Below, piece by piece: positions 1-11,583 of a stretch of 64,000 bases of DNA. How positions within the stretch are numbered: the stretch's first letter is position 1; each line of letters starts with the position of its first letter. Where the stretch lies: contig JAKMXF010000025.1 of the NCBI GenBank assembly GCA_024704765.1, positions 1 through 64,000 on the forward strand, written 5' to 3'. The stretch comes from Oopsacas minuta. Lineage: Eukaryota > Animalia > Porifera. The notes beneath the pieces were generated by a model. The model was given only the letters and a program-made list of their open reading frames with translations. It did no database searches and had not been told where the DNA came from. The position numbers and the translations under genes are program-made.

Positions 1-1019
1 AATGTCTTTGGTTAAGATTGATCATAGGGACTCACTTTGTAAATTGCACACACAATTATCTGTCATTCTGAGAATCATAAATTCAGACAGAAAAATCAAA
101 ACAGAAGAATTGGGTAACCTTTGTACAGACACCTATCTCCTTATTCTTCAACTTTCCCTGGGTGAACATTATACCGACTTTACATAAATTACTAGCCCAT
201 TCTGAAGAAATACTGAGAGAGATGAACTTTGGGTATAGATTGAAATGCTTTAGCGAAGAAGGATCCGAAGCTTGCAACAAATTATCAGGAAATATAGGGA
301 ACATCTAGCAAGGAAAACTTCCTTCGAGGATATTGTCATTGATATATTTGTCAGACTCTCATCTGAAAGCGATCCTGTGTTAATGAAATATCGATCGGCA
401 GTGGTGTGCGCAAAGTGCGGAGAACACGGTCATATCCGAAGAGCTAAGTGCTGTAGAGACAATGCAACAGATTTATTAGAATCATCTATTGATAATATCG
501 TCAAGGGCCTTATTATTGATACGATATTGTAACAACGTAGTTTGCTGAATGTTAGTGAATAAATAATACAATAAAACATCCCTTAATATAAGTGCTTGTT
601 GTTTTTATCCAGAAATTGTTAGAATTGATATATATATTAGCAAAAAAAGATATGAATAAATTCTAAAAACGCATTTAGAAGTATGAAGTACAAAAGCAAA
701 TTGTGTATGACGTCATTTTATAAAATTATGAATAATTTTGAAATTCTAACACTTGTAATTGCTTCCATGGATATGATATACTATACCCAAATAATGCAAT
801 TTATAGGGCTAACATTGTTATACAATCAGATATTAAAGAAAAACAAAATTCAGCATAAACCTATGACGTCAGAACATGATATATAGAAACCTTATAAAAA
901 TTTTGAATACACCAAATGATTCCTAGCATATGATAACCTATATGCTAATAATACATTACATATGTCTATTTCAAATGAAAATACCCATTCTTTACCAACT
1001 CCCATTTTAAGCCACTATG
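1..1019 (+). mobile_element. 3' half of a Transib element; putative terminal heptamer at 1013-1019
   Basis: Transposase remnant followed by ...gccactatg, whose reverse complement CATAGTGGC is one mismatch from CACAGTG. The TSD cannot be checked because the other end is outside the window. Confidence 0.5.
2..532 (+). pseudogene. C-terminal part of a Transib/RAG1-like transposase (frameshifted, 5' part outside window)
   Basis: Joining frames gives FPWVNIIPTLHKLLAHSEE...FSEEGSEACNK(L)IRKYREHLARK, i.e. the HxxxxH zinc ligands and the SEE..E catalytic motif of RAG1/Transib. It is clearly homologous to 8513-10675 and ends in a CAKCGEHGHIRRAKCC tail. Confidence 0.88.
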
Positions 1020-1246
1020 TATTACCATGCATGAACAATCCTTTGGTGTAACTCTAGACTAATGAATGAAACTAATATTAAATACTACTCGTTTTAACTT
1101 TACATTACAAATTTTCATTCTAAGGGAGACAATAAGACAACACCTCTTAAACTGCCAAAATGTCAAGAATTTTGTTGAATTTTAGACTCATACTCCGTTG
1201 CCTTCTTAGCACTCCTTGTTAAGTAGCTTCTTACTTTTGCTTAGAG

Positions 1247-1827
1247 CAGTGGCTCCCAATCGGTGGTCCGCGGCCCCATTTGGAGCCGCAGGACTATTTA
1301 CATGGGGTCACTTGATCTCTTTATAAATTAATAGTTTCCTCTTTTTACATACTACAATTTGTAATAAAAATTATTATTTTTTGAATATATGTAATTGTTT
1401 ATAAGGATTTGATTAAAATCTCCTCACTATTAAAAGTACATTATCCTCCTCTCCGGAATTCTGTCAATTTGTAAACAATTGATTCTTGTCACTTATTTGA
1501 GTGTCTTCATTATACGAAGCTTTACTTATTCGTGCTGATAAATAATTTATTATGTGGTACCCAATCCTAGCAAAGCAAAGCGTGCTCGTACCAATATTAT
1601 GCATTAACATTGATCGCATATAAAAGGGGTCTTTTAGTTTGTCCTGAAAAAGCACAGCAAACCTGATATTTCAATTTTCCATAATAGTAGAGTATTTTCA
1701 TATATTACATGCCAAAATAATGAGTTTGATAATTTAAAATTGTTTAATTTATGTTCAATATGTGGGGCCACCTACTTAGCACCATGGCTGAATGGGGTCT
1801 TGGGGTGGCAAGGGTTGGGAACCACTG
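1247..1827. mobile_element. Non-autonomous hAT (Buster/Charlie-type) element
   Basis: TIR cagtggctcccaa / ttgggaaccactg. Decayed 8-bp TSD gcttagag vs gcttgggt (NNNTANNN-type). Confidence 0.7.
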
Positions 1828-2488
1828 GCTTGGGTATTATCTGTAATTTAATAATTGGATGCTAGTCTACATATTGCATGGAAATTTTCTGGAAAATCGA
1901 AATATATTCAACAGTGGCTAATTCTTAAACTTACCTTCGAAGTATTTGTTTTCCATTTTCTATATTCTTATCCATAGTCCAAATAATGAATAATACATTT
2001 CCTAGGGTTATGAGTGTACATAATTTTTTTTCTTCATAAATGCCTCTATTCCTAGTTTTGCAACCAAATGTTCAGAGACCCGTGACTAAGTAAAAATACT
2101 AAATTGCGCAGCATGGGATACGGCCTACTTAAATAATATTCTGTATATGTCACCGAGAAGGCCAGCATGAAATGCGTTTTATCACATATCTCCACAAATG
2201 TATATTTTAGAGTAGAGATGTTTATTTATGCCATATAGGGATATGATAGCGAAGATGTATTTCTATTGTGAAATATGGTTTTTCATCATGTCGCAAGAGC
2301 TATTTTTGAACGAAAAATGCTGCATCTCAAACTATGTTTAAACCATGTTCTCAGTGTTTTCTTGCTTGACAGTTATATATATAATGACAGAGACGAATAG
2401 TATATTTGAAAACAATTGTTGATATAAATGGAATGCGAACACATACCTGAGTTGCCAAGAGAACCTGTTTTCATTTGTTTAAGCTATA

Positions 2489-3822
2489 CCAGGGCGTTCA
2501 ATAAGTCTTGCGGGTCATGATATATCTTAGGAATTAGTCAAGTAATATAGCTAACTTTCATATATTATAAGCCCATATAGTTAAACTTCATATACTGAAA
2601 GTTTCAAGCTTATTCAATACAAATTATGAATTTTTGAGATAGTTACATGTAGTCAATTTATACCCACTGTTGAATTTATGGCTTCAAAGAATGATAATTT
2701 CACCCACAAATGGCGAGCTTACATAGAGTTTCGCACATACTCAAGATCCAGCCCGTACAGATCTTCAGCGAGTAACAGGAGATATTGTGCGTGGATTGCC
2801 TTTCCAGATCTACTGTAGAGCGATGGGCTACCAGTTTTAGATCTGGTGATGCTGATGTCACAGATATATCCCGACCTGGAAGGCAGGTAACCGCCAATAA
2901 TTCAGAGAATATCGCACTGATTGAAAGTACGATTATGGAAGACAAGTGCATTACTGTCAATCAGTTAGAACAAAGAATGGAGATTTCATCGGGAGCTATT
3001 GATACAATTCTGACGACTGAGCTTGGCTACCCATCGATTTGTGGGAAATGGGTTCCGCATAAGCTCAGTGAGAATCAAAGGTTGGCACGACTGAATATTG
3101 CCAAGAAACTCTTGGAAACTAATGAGAACTGCGATTCTAGACACCTAACAGAGATTATTATTGGTGACGAGACGTAGGTGTACTATTCAACATCATATAG
3201 CAAGTATAAGAAGAGATCATGAGTGAGGGGCGACGAACGACCGGCGAAAATTCCGAGGCCCAACTTCAGAAAACCTAAGATTATGTACACCATCTTCTTC
3301 AGTAGTCATGGAATTGTCTTGCAATTACCTTGTCAGAGTGGCAAGGCTGTTACTGCTACTTTCTTTACAGAGCAAGTGTTTCCAAATTTAATAAAAAATA
3401 TAGAAAAGTACCGCCCGAAAACCGGAACTCGAGGAATGAAGATTTTAATTGATAACGCCAGTTTCCATACAGCTAAGCTTTCCAAAAATTTCTTGAATGT
3501 AGAAGGGTTAGAATTACATCCCCATCCACCAAACTCACCCGACCTAGCTCTGTGTGATTTTTGGCCATCCCCCAAGCTTAAAATCTACCTTCGAGGCAAA
3601 GATTTTAACACATTACAATCACTTGGAACGGGCCTGTACCAGCACTTCTAATCCATCCCCGAAGAAGTGTACGGAAAAGTGTTTTACAAGTGGGTGGAAA
3701 GGTTAAAACTTTGTGTATCTGCAGGAGGGGATTATTTTGAATATATTATATAGTGAATTAATGTGTATAGTGTTTGTATCATATTCTATGATATCGCCAG
3801 CAAGACTTATTGAACGCCCTAG
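2489..3822 (+). mobile_element. Mariner (DD34D) element, full length, inactivated
   Basis: TIR ccagggcgttcaataagtcttgc / gcaagacttattgaacgccctag; TA TSD at 2487-2488 and 3823-3824; 1334 bp. Confidence 0.96.
2678..3753 (+). pseudogene. Mariner transposase with stops and frameshifts
   Basis: HTH region, WVPHKL linker, IIIGDET, DNASFH-34aa-D (NSPDLALCDF). Confidence 0.95.
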
Positions 3823-5175
3823 TAACTCAAAAACTATCAGTACTATGGCTCTAAAATGTATACCAGTAGTTCTGTAATGATCAACTTCCTATTCACTAAT
3901 AATAGTTCATCTGCTTTTTGCTCATACATTTGAGATATTTTGACAATTACTATATACAGGGTGCAACAAAAGTGTTGTCCCCTTTCATTTTTGTCATTGA
4001 TTGAGTATATAAAACTGAACCTTGACTATTGCATCTGACTTACTCTTTCTAGCTATTACCATAATAGTTTTTGACTATTTCTATCGCAGTTTGATTAACA
4101 TTATTTTTTATCTCTTTCTTTTTACTTGAATTTCGTAAAATCATTTTCTCTGTTCGGAATGGATGTCCGCGACCACGGGTTAGAGGTTCGTTCTCAAGCA
4201 GTAGGTATGTTAAGAAGTGGGCTTTCACAGCAAAACGTAGTTCTCGAACTGGACATTTCAGTGAGATCTGTCAAGAGGTGATGGAGTGCGTATAAAAAAG
4301 GAATGAGCTTGGAAACCAAGACCCGTTCTGGCAGACCGCTGATTTTGAATCGGGTCAATAAAATCATTATCTCCAAAACTTTGACTAAAAGAAGGCAATC
4401 AACTCGCAAGATCGCAAAGAGATTGATTTCAAGTAACGACCCTGTCTCTCACATGACAGTTTATCGCTATTTGACCAATTCAATTGGTGCATCAGCGTTC
4501 AAGAGGCAAAAGACCCCCCGTTTATCGGCAAAAAACATCCAGGACAGACTGAATTTTGCCAACAAACATCAAAATTGGGCGTGGAAGATTGGAAAAAAGT
4601 TCTTTGGTCTGATGAGTCTCCCTTTGAACTGTATGCAACACCCGATCGGCATAATGATCGTGTTTGGGCTAAAACAACTAAAGATGTTTCTCGCATTTTG
4701 TCGGTGAAATTTCCTCAAAAAATTCATGTCTGGGACTTATGTCGCATCAAGCACATCTGCTGCCGTATTCACTAAGCATACTTAGTACTTAAGTACTAAG
4801 TACGTACTTAAGTCGTATTCACTAAGAGTTAAGTATCACTTATATTCATGAATTTGTGAGTTTCTGATGGATTGCTCTACAGAATTACCTTCAATCATTC
4901 AGGAATATATTTTCATAACTTTTCATGTTTTATGCATAATCTCACGATAATATTGTGGTTTACGTTCATGAAATACTTCACAAATAATGTTACAAGGAAT
5001 TCCTCGAACGCTTATGATATAACATATCTGTTACTAAGGAATGCATTACTTTGTACGTAATGTTAAATACTATCATTCTGAATTATACATTCCAAGTTAC
5101 ACTAATGACTGTTTTGCTAAATACAATTATGATCAAATATAATATATAAATATTCCAGTATTTTAATATAAATAA

Positions 5176-6217
5176 ATGGCACAGATGATTCCACTATTTC
5201 TCGCAGAAGAAGAAACCTCTTCCTCAATGGCACGTCAACGAGTTTCAGGGATCTCAATGATCCCCTAGATTGTTATGATGATATGGAACTTGTTCGACGT
5301 TTCCGTTTCTCTAGAGCTTCAATATCTAAAATTACAGAGTTGATAGCTAACTATTTGAATTTCACCGAGCGTTCTTGTGCTGCTTCTCCTCACTTGCAAG
5401 TTTGTGTGGCACTTCAATTTTTCGCTTCTGGAACGTTCCAGATAATTTGTGGAGATAGGATAAACGTAAGCCAAGCTTCTGCCTCTCGTTATATCCGAGA
5501 TGTTTCTCTGGGTTTGGAAGCTATATACCATCAGTTTGTTAGTTTGCCTGCTGGTCTTAAGAGGGTAGAAGTCAAAAACAAGTTTTATGAGATTGCTCAC
5601 TTTCCAGGCGTAGTAGGATTAGTTGACGGAACACACATACGAATCCAAAGACCCTCGGAAAATGAAGCAGATTATATAAATCGGCATTTTTGCCACTCAA
5701 TTAATGTCCAAGCTATTTGCCAACCAGATGGAATGTTTAGTGATGTATTGGCACGTTTTCCTGGGTCTGTTCACGATTCACGGATTTGGAAGAATTCAGG
5801 TGTTGGGATGCATGTTGAAAATACCTTTTCAATAGGGGAGCATATATTAGGAGATAGCGGCTACATGATGAGGCCATATTTACTCCTTATCGCCAGCCAA
5901 TATCTACTCCCCAATTTAACTACAACTATGCACATAAGAGGACAAGGGTTATTGTTGAACAGACATTTAGGCGATGGAAACGAAGATTCCACTATCTTCA
6001 TGGAGAGCTCAGGATGAGTCCAGATAAAGTTTGTTCCACCATAGTTGCTTGTGCAGTATTGCATAACATAGCAATACAGTGGAAACAACCTCTCTTAGAA
6101 GATGAAGTCTCCGATGATTCCTATCCGGATGATGTTCTTGACTTTGAAGAAACTGTTGGGCATTTGGCATCAAAGCATTACAGGGATCAATTTTCTATTC
6201 ATAATTTCAGCAACTAA
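5176..6217 (+). pseudogene. Harbinger (HARBI1-like) DDE nuclease, frameshifted
   Basis: FPGVVGLVDGTHIRI, HSINVQAIC, ARFPGSVHDSRIW, ILGDSGY, IVACAVLHNI. Confidence 0.94.
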
Positions 6218-6447
6218 ATTCACATAGTATATATGTTATGATGTAGATATGTAAACATTGTGCACAGTTAGTGATTATAAGGTAACATGGAAATTGTAGT
6301 TTTGAAACATCTTAGTAGGGTGTTGGTCTTTGTAGTTGGGATATTTATTTGTGAAATGTATCAAGTATCGCACTTGAATTGGGAGCTAGTTGTTGCATTA
6401 TGAAAACTATAAATTGGTGGAGGTTATTGATATTCCAAAGTAAGAGT

Positions 6448-7170
6448 ATGGACAAAGGTCGCAAAGTAAATTGGACAAAGGAGGAGGAGTATGCACTCAT
6501 TGAGGCAATCCAGGATGCTGGAGATATATTGAGAGGTACTGCTGGTCAGTGCGCGGAGATAAACAAAAAAAGACAAGGCTTTGGAACAATGTTATGAGGA
6601 AAATCAATTCCATCCATGGCAACAACCGAGATGTGAAAGATATTAAGAAGAAGTGGAACTATCTAAAGGTTCCGCAAAAGCCCGTGTGGATTCCAATCGA
6701 AGGGAAGCGAGGAGGACAGGAGGAGGGCCAAATGAAGCTGGTGAAGTGGAGGATGAAGACATTCGGATCCTTAGCTCCGATAGGGAAATATCCACATCTG
6801 TGACGGAGAGAGTATCACAGATGTTCTCAAGTACGCCAGCGTTCTCTGGAATATGTGGTAGTGTTGATATGTTTCAAGCCTGAACAACATTGCCTTCACA
6901 CACTGAGATTAGCGAAAGCAGAGAAGTAACACCAGTGTTTGAGGGACCAGAAGTTACTGTAGTTAACAGTCGTCCATAGGGAAGGCCTAGGCGTAAGAGG
7001 AGCATCGAACAGTCAACAAAGTCTCTGATTTACTTCCTCTGCAACGAGAAGTGCTCTTTAAACAGATGGAAGTATTCTCGGCTCAACTACAGCTGATTGA
7101 AGAGCAGAGGGAGTATTATCGTCATAAAAAGCAGAGACTTTTAGAAAAAGATCAACAGCAGCAGCTTTAG
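6448..7170 (+). pseudogene. Harbinger Myb/SANT-like DNA-binding partner, frameshifted
   Basis: RKVNWTKEEEYALIEAI...WNNVMRKIN...DIKKKWNY...RRTGGGP. Confidence 0.88.
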
Positions 7171-7401
7171 ATATACGATTTAGTCATATTGTAACATCAT
7201 AGAAAATCATAATTTATAGTGAAAGTATGAATTAATCAAAGAAAACGAGTGACTAAAGTGATTACATCAATGTTATCGATAAATATAATTTGTTTGGAAA
7301 CTTAAAATAGAGCTTGAATAACTCAAGCAACCTCGGTAGGTTACTTAACTTTTGTACTTAGTACATACTTAAGTATGAGCTTAAATCTTAGTGAATACGG
7401 T

Positions 7402-7443
7402 TTAAGTATGTACTTAGTACTTAAGTACTAAGTACATACTTAA
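7402..7443. repeat. 42-bp perfect palindrome in the Harbinger right subterminal region
   Basis: ttaagtatgtacttagtacttaagtactaagtacatacttaa; its 20-bp core cttagtacttaagtactaag also occurs at 4781-4800. Confidence 0.9.
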
Positions 7444-8120
7444 GTATGCTTAGTGAATACGGCCCCTGAGCTCCATATATAATTCCACAAGGACAGACTG
7501 TAAGCTCGCTATATTACAGGGATGAAATATTAGCCAAGACTTGTAGAGATGCCATCAACCGTACAGAAAATATGGGACTTATTTCAGAGCGGCCAAAGTT
7601 GGGAAACATGTCCGATTTCATCTTTATGCAAGATGGTGCTCCTGCCCACACGACCAAAATGACTCAGAGGTGGTGCCGAGATAGTCTAAACGAGTTTTGG
7701 GAGAAAGGTGACTGGCCAGGGAATTCACCGAACCTGAACCCAATTGAACACCTTTGGGCTATATTGAAAGAGAGAGTTAATGAGAAGGGTCAGATGACAA
7801 ATCGAAATCAGTTAATTGAAACCGTGAAATTAGCATGGCAAGCCATTACTCCCGATATTTTGGAAAATTTAGTAGGCAGCATGCCAAACAGAGTTAAAGT
7901 TGTTTTGGAAATGGGACGTGATTATATAAACAAATGAAAGTTGATATTGTGTAGTTATTTCTCATGGATGCTTCTGGCAATCGAAGGGGACAACACTTTT
8001 GTCACACCCTGTAGATGGTAGTCATATAATATATAAGAAATGTCAAAATATCTCAAATATCAACTGAAATCAAATGAAATATTATTAGTGAATAGGAAGT
8101 TTACTATTACAGAACTACTG

Positions 8121-11100
8121 CACAATGTGCCAAAATTGCCATAATGGCGTATTAGGGTAACCATTACAACTAGGCATGTTTTATGTCGTCTATATAGTAA
8201 ATCGACACCGTAAATTTCAAAAATTTCATTTAAATTTTCCGTAGTATTGCCACTATTGGGAATATGACGTCATTTCGGTGATTTCATTATTTTTAACATT
8301 CATAGTTCAATAATATTATTTGTGATTTCTATTATTGAATTAATGGTATAAAGTCAAGCTTCCTATTAGAAAGATTATAGCATATATATAATAAGCTATT
8401 ATATAATAATGAACCAGGGGTGTAGTTTTTCCCTTTACTACATATTGAGGGGATTATACCTTGTGGAAAAACTGTTACTAAATATATAAACTCAATCTCT
8501 AATATTCTTTAATTAATTATCATTCTCCAATACTATGCTATTATATAAGATATCTTGGGGGCTATTTGGGTCATTTGCACTAGAATTCCTCGTTTTGGTG
8601 GATGTAAAACGATTCTGCACTAATAGGGGATCACTACAACACAGAAGGCGAACTAGAATATCTCGTACATTGTCAGAGAATGTTGTTTTTCTGGCAAGAT
8701 TTTCCCGATACGCCTCACGAACTTATTACAAGCTTCTAAACATTCTTCTGATAGATTCTGTAATCCCCTGCCATTATTATATTCTCCAATAATCTTGAAA
8801 GAATGGGAAAGTAGCTTGTGTAAAGAGGGGGTGACGTTCGCCCATGGAAACTGAACTAAGATGTATTCATACGTTTCTTTACACAATTCTTCCATTTTGC
8901 TACAATTAATTAAGTTACCGCTGTTCACAAGTCGTAACACCACAGATAGATAAGTCTGGATCTTCTCTAATAAGAGTTTATCAGATAGATTAATCGAGGA
9001 AGTCGCCCATTTTAAAAAGTCTCGCTTATCCAAAAAGCAATTACGTGCGATGTTCCCAGTAGTTGATGTACCGCCCTGACTTGAAGGAATATCCACACTG
9101 AAACTACACTTCACTAGAAGAATTGCTCGAATCCGCCTCATAGATGCATTTACTTTGTCATCAGATGGTGACCATACCTTGTGACCCGCATCAAGATGGT
9201 ATATTAATAACATATACCACCAGAATACACATAGGTAGGCATGCAAAGGGGAGGCAGCAATTATATTGATGTCAGATGTGGGTTTGTGAGTTATGCCCAA
9301 GCGTTGTTTGGATGGGAGTTTGAGGAAGTGATCCTCATTAACATCATCAAAGAGTTGCCCAGCATCACTAATTAACCTGTTTATGGTGAATCCAGAACGA
9401 ACCCAGTCAATGCTTTTAATTTCTTCGTCAGATGCAGTACATAGATGACAAGAAGCTCCTCCAGCACCATCTAACAGTCCAGCCATTTTGGTGTCAAAGA
9501 GAGAACGGACAATATCAACTTGTACATGTCCTCCTGTTAGGAATAATCTATTCACCAATATTCGTTCGGTTTGGGGATTGACAATTTTATCCATGATAAA
9601 ATGAACATTATTATAATCCTCTTTCAATGCTATCAACGCAACCGGTCTGAAACAAAAGGGGAAATTAGGAGAATGGTTGTAGAAGACATTGTTTCCAAGT
9701 GAATTTGCAATTGATAATATTTTGAATCCAAATAAGATAAAACATTTAGTACTAAAGACAGGGTTATTATTTTGTTGGTTATAGGTGCGATGAGACCCGG
9801 AACCATCTAATCCATCTGATATCTTAACTGTGAGTGGATATTGTGAAATAGAAATTGGCACTAAGGTTGAAATCAAGCGTTCGACTGTAAGCTTTAGTAT
9901 CGAATGATAGGAGATACAAGTTCCAATTGAGAAACCTTCTGGATCATGGACTATCTCAATCTCATCAATCAAAGTTATTTCTCTACGATATCTGGAGACA
10001 AGCTCATAGGATGGTAATTTGACTTGACATTTGAGTACTTTTTTTTAATTTTTATATTTGCTCGCTCCAATCTCTAAACAGTCCAACAGAAAGGCAGATT
10101 TATCGATTGGCGCTTTGTGCAAGATTCCACTAAAACCATTGTTGATGATCTCCTTACACACTTGTGAAGTATCTCGATCGTAAGGATTGTTAGATATTAA
10201 TTCTAAAGCCAGAGAAGCTAGTTGTTTAGGCTCGACATTTTCTCTTTCAGCTAAGAAATGAATATGGTCTGAAAGAATGCTCAGTCTAGATCTGGAAGTT
10301 TGAAGATTGCAATCAAGTAAATGCTTTCTGGAATCATTGACAATTTCTTCAGAGAAATTTCGACTTTCAGAAATAGAAACTTTACGAAAAGGTTCTAATC
10401 CAGGATCGAGTGAAATTCTCTTCTTTCTCGGAATGGAAGTTGATAGAGGTGCAGTATATGAATTGAAGGTCAAATTCTCCCAGGTCTCAAGATCACTCTT
10501 CTTCCGGTAATACTCTCTCGATGATATAAGGGACTTGAACTTATATAGAATAGTATCATGTTCTTCCTGTGAAATATTCTTATCATCAATAAGAAACTGC
10601 GCAGTGGCTTTAAGGCTTTTTGCCCATTGAAATATAGCTAACATATGCTTCTTTGTTGGTTAGAACAGAGGCCATTACTTCACTAGGAACTATTATTAGA
10701 CAGAAAAAGATCAAAATTATTTTCGTGCATCATCTAAATTTGCATGAGGGCAAGAATATATAGAATTTACTTGAATTTCAAAATAATCCTAAAAATACAT
10801 TTTTCCGATTTTTTGTCCGGTCCAAGCATTGATGTACTCAAAAATATATTTGTGCACCCCGCTGCACGTCTGAAAATTGGTGTATAATTTCAAAAAAGTA
10901 AGCACTATAAGCGATTAACAATAAATTATCGTCCTCTTTTGTCACCTGATAGATGCAGCACTCCACACACTATATTAAAACTAAAATATTTTACTCCAGG
11001 CCTTTAAAATTAGACAGCCAACAAAATTTTTTGGAAACAATGATACTTGTAATAATTGCATAAACTGATCTAATATAAGAAATATGTCAAATTGATGATT

Positions 11101-11347
11101 AACTACAAACGTTATACAGTATATATTTGGAAGAAAATCGTTGCTAAGGTAGTTAGGTATTTACTCTTGCGGTTAGCTATTCAAAATAATCTAAAATATG
11201 CTTACTTTAGCTCACTGTAATCGAAATTCCTATGGATCATACATACAGTCGTCAATATTATCCTACTAATTCGACGATGAGATTCATAAAAACGTAGTTA
11301 AATTCGTAATTGAAATTTTGCCTAATACGCCATATCGGCACACTGTG
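8121..11347 (-). mobile_element. Transib (RAG1-like) transposon, full length
   Basis: Ends CACAATGTGCC (8121) and CACAGTGTGCC (reverse complement at 11347); perfect 5-bp TSD TACTG at 8116-8120 and 11348-11352; 3227 bp. Confidence 0.95.
8513..10675 (-). pseudogene. RAG1-core-like Transib transposase (~700 aa), broken by single-base frameshifts near 10040 and 8720 (possibly also near 10645)
   Basis: NBD-like RKHLLDCNLQTSRSRL; D in DGLDGSG; D in RSLFDTKM; CHLC; SPLHAYL; TTGNIAR; TPSLHKLLSH; E in LSEECLEACNK; RYRENLARK after frame repair. Confidence 0.93.
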
Positions 11348-11583
11348 TACTGGTATAAAGTTGAGAGCTATTGCGTTCATAGTTTCTGAGTTATAGCTTC
11401 AAAATTAACAGACTTTCCTTAGCAACACAGGAATGTGTTCACATTCCATTCAGATCAACTATTGTTTTCAAATATACTTCGCCTCTGTCATTAGATAGAA
11501 CTGTCAGGCCTGGGTTAAGTTTTACCCGGGCCTTCGGTATATTTCACACCAATATTGAGTCTTACACTTGGAAGTTACTGGTA

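Larger units (their letters stand above)
4760..7465 (+). mobile_element. PIF/Harbinger element
   Basis: TIR (gg)gccgtattcactaagcatactt at both ends (first 2 nt of the left end mutated); 3-bp CTG TSD at 4757-4759 and 7466-7468; nuclease plus Myb/SANT ORFs. Confidence 0.93.
4159..7937 (+). pseudogene. Tc1-like transposase split into 4159-4759 and 7466-7937
   Basis: HTH with SGRP, WSDESPF, KFPQKIHVW, then after the insertion ELHIIPQGQTV...MQDGAPAH-37aa-E (WPGNSPNLNPIEHLW). Confidence 0.93.
3957..8011 (+). mobile_element. Tc1-like element, DD37E spacing (TRT/ITmD37E-like), interrupted by a Harbinger
   Basis: TIR cagggtgcaacaaaagtgttgtccccttt / aaggggacaacacttttgtcacaccctg; TA TSDs at 3955-3956 and 8012-8013. 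Confidence 0.95.
2367..11506. mobile_element. Palindromic MITE/foldback (~0.5 kb native) interrupted by Mariner, Tc1 (containing Harbinger) and Transib
   Basis: Left arm 2367-2488 plus 3823-3956 is the reverse complement of right arm 8012-8120 plus 11348-11506. Examples: tgacagttatatatataatgacagagacg vs cgcctctgtcattagatagaactgtca; ataccagtagttctgtaat vs attacagaactactg|gtat; tttgagatattttgaca vs tgtcaaaatatctcaaa. Confidence 0.8.

Noticed and set aside
4780-4830. Repeat array resembling CRISPR or telomeric repeats
   Set aside because: These are Harbinger subterminal palindromes with no unique spacers, in a eukaryotic context.
10307-10510. Short ORFs antisense to transposases (also 3333-3575, 5319-5600, 11939-12292, 15292-15555, 20661-20852, 23073-23336, 35088-35312)
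   Set aside because: Shadow frames of the recognised transposase ORFs with no independent motifs.
8121-11347. Calling this a RAG1 gene or a RAG1-RAG2 transposon
   Set aside because: There is no RING/zinc N-terminal region, no RAG2-like ORF and no room for one. TIRs and TSD mark it as a Transib-type transposon, so no gene symbol is assigned.
11320-11510. Initially looked like a separate inverted copy of the 2367-3865 repeat
   Set aside because: It is the Transib right end plus the continuation of the same MITE's right arm; the TACTG TSD resolves this.
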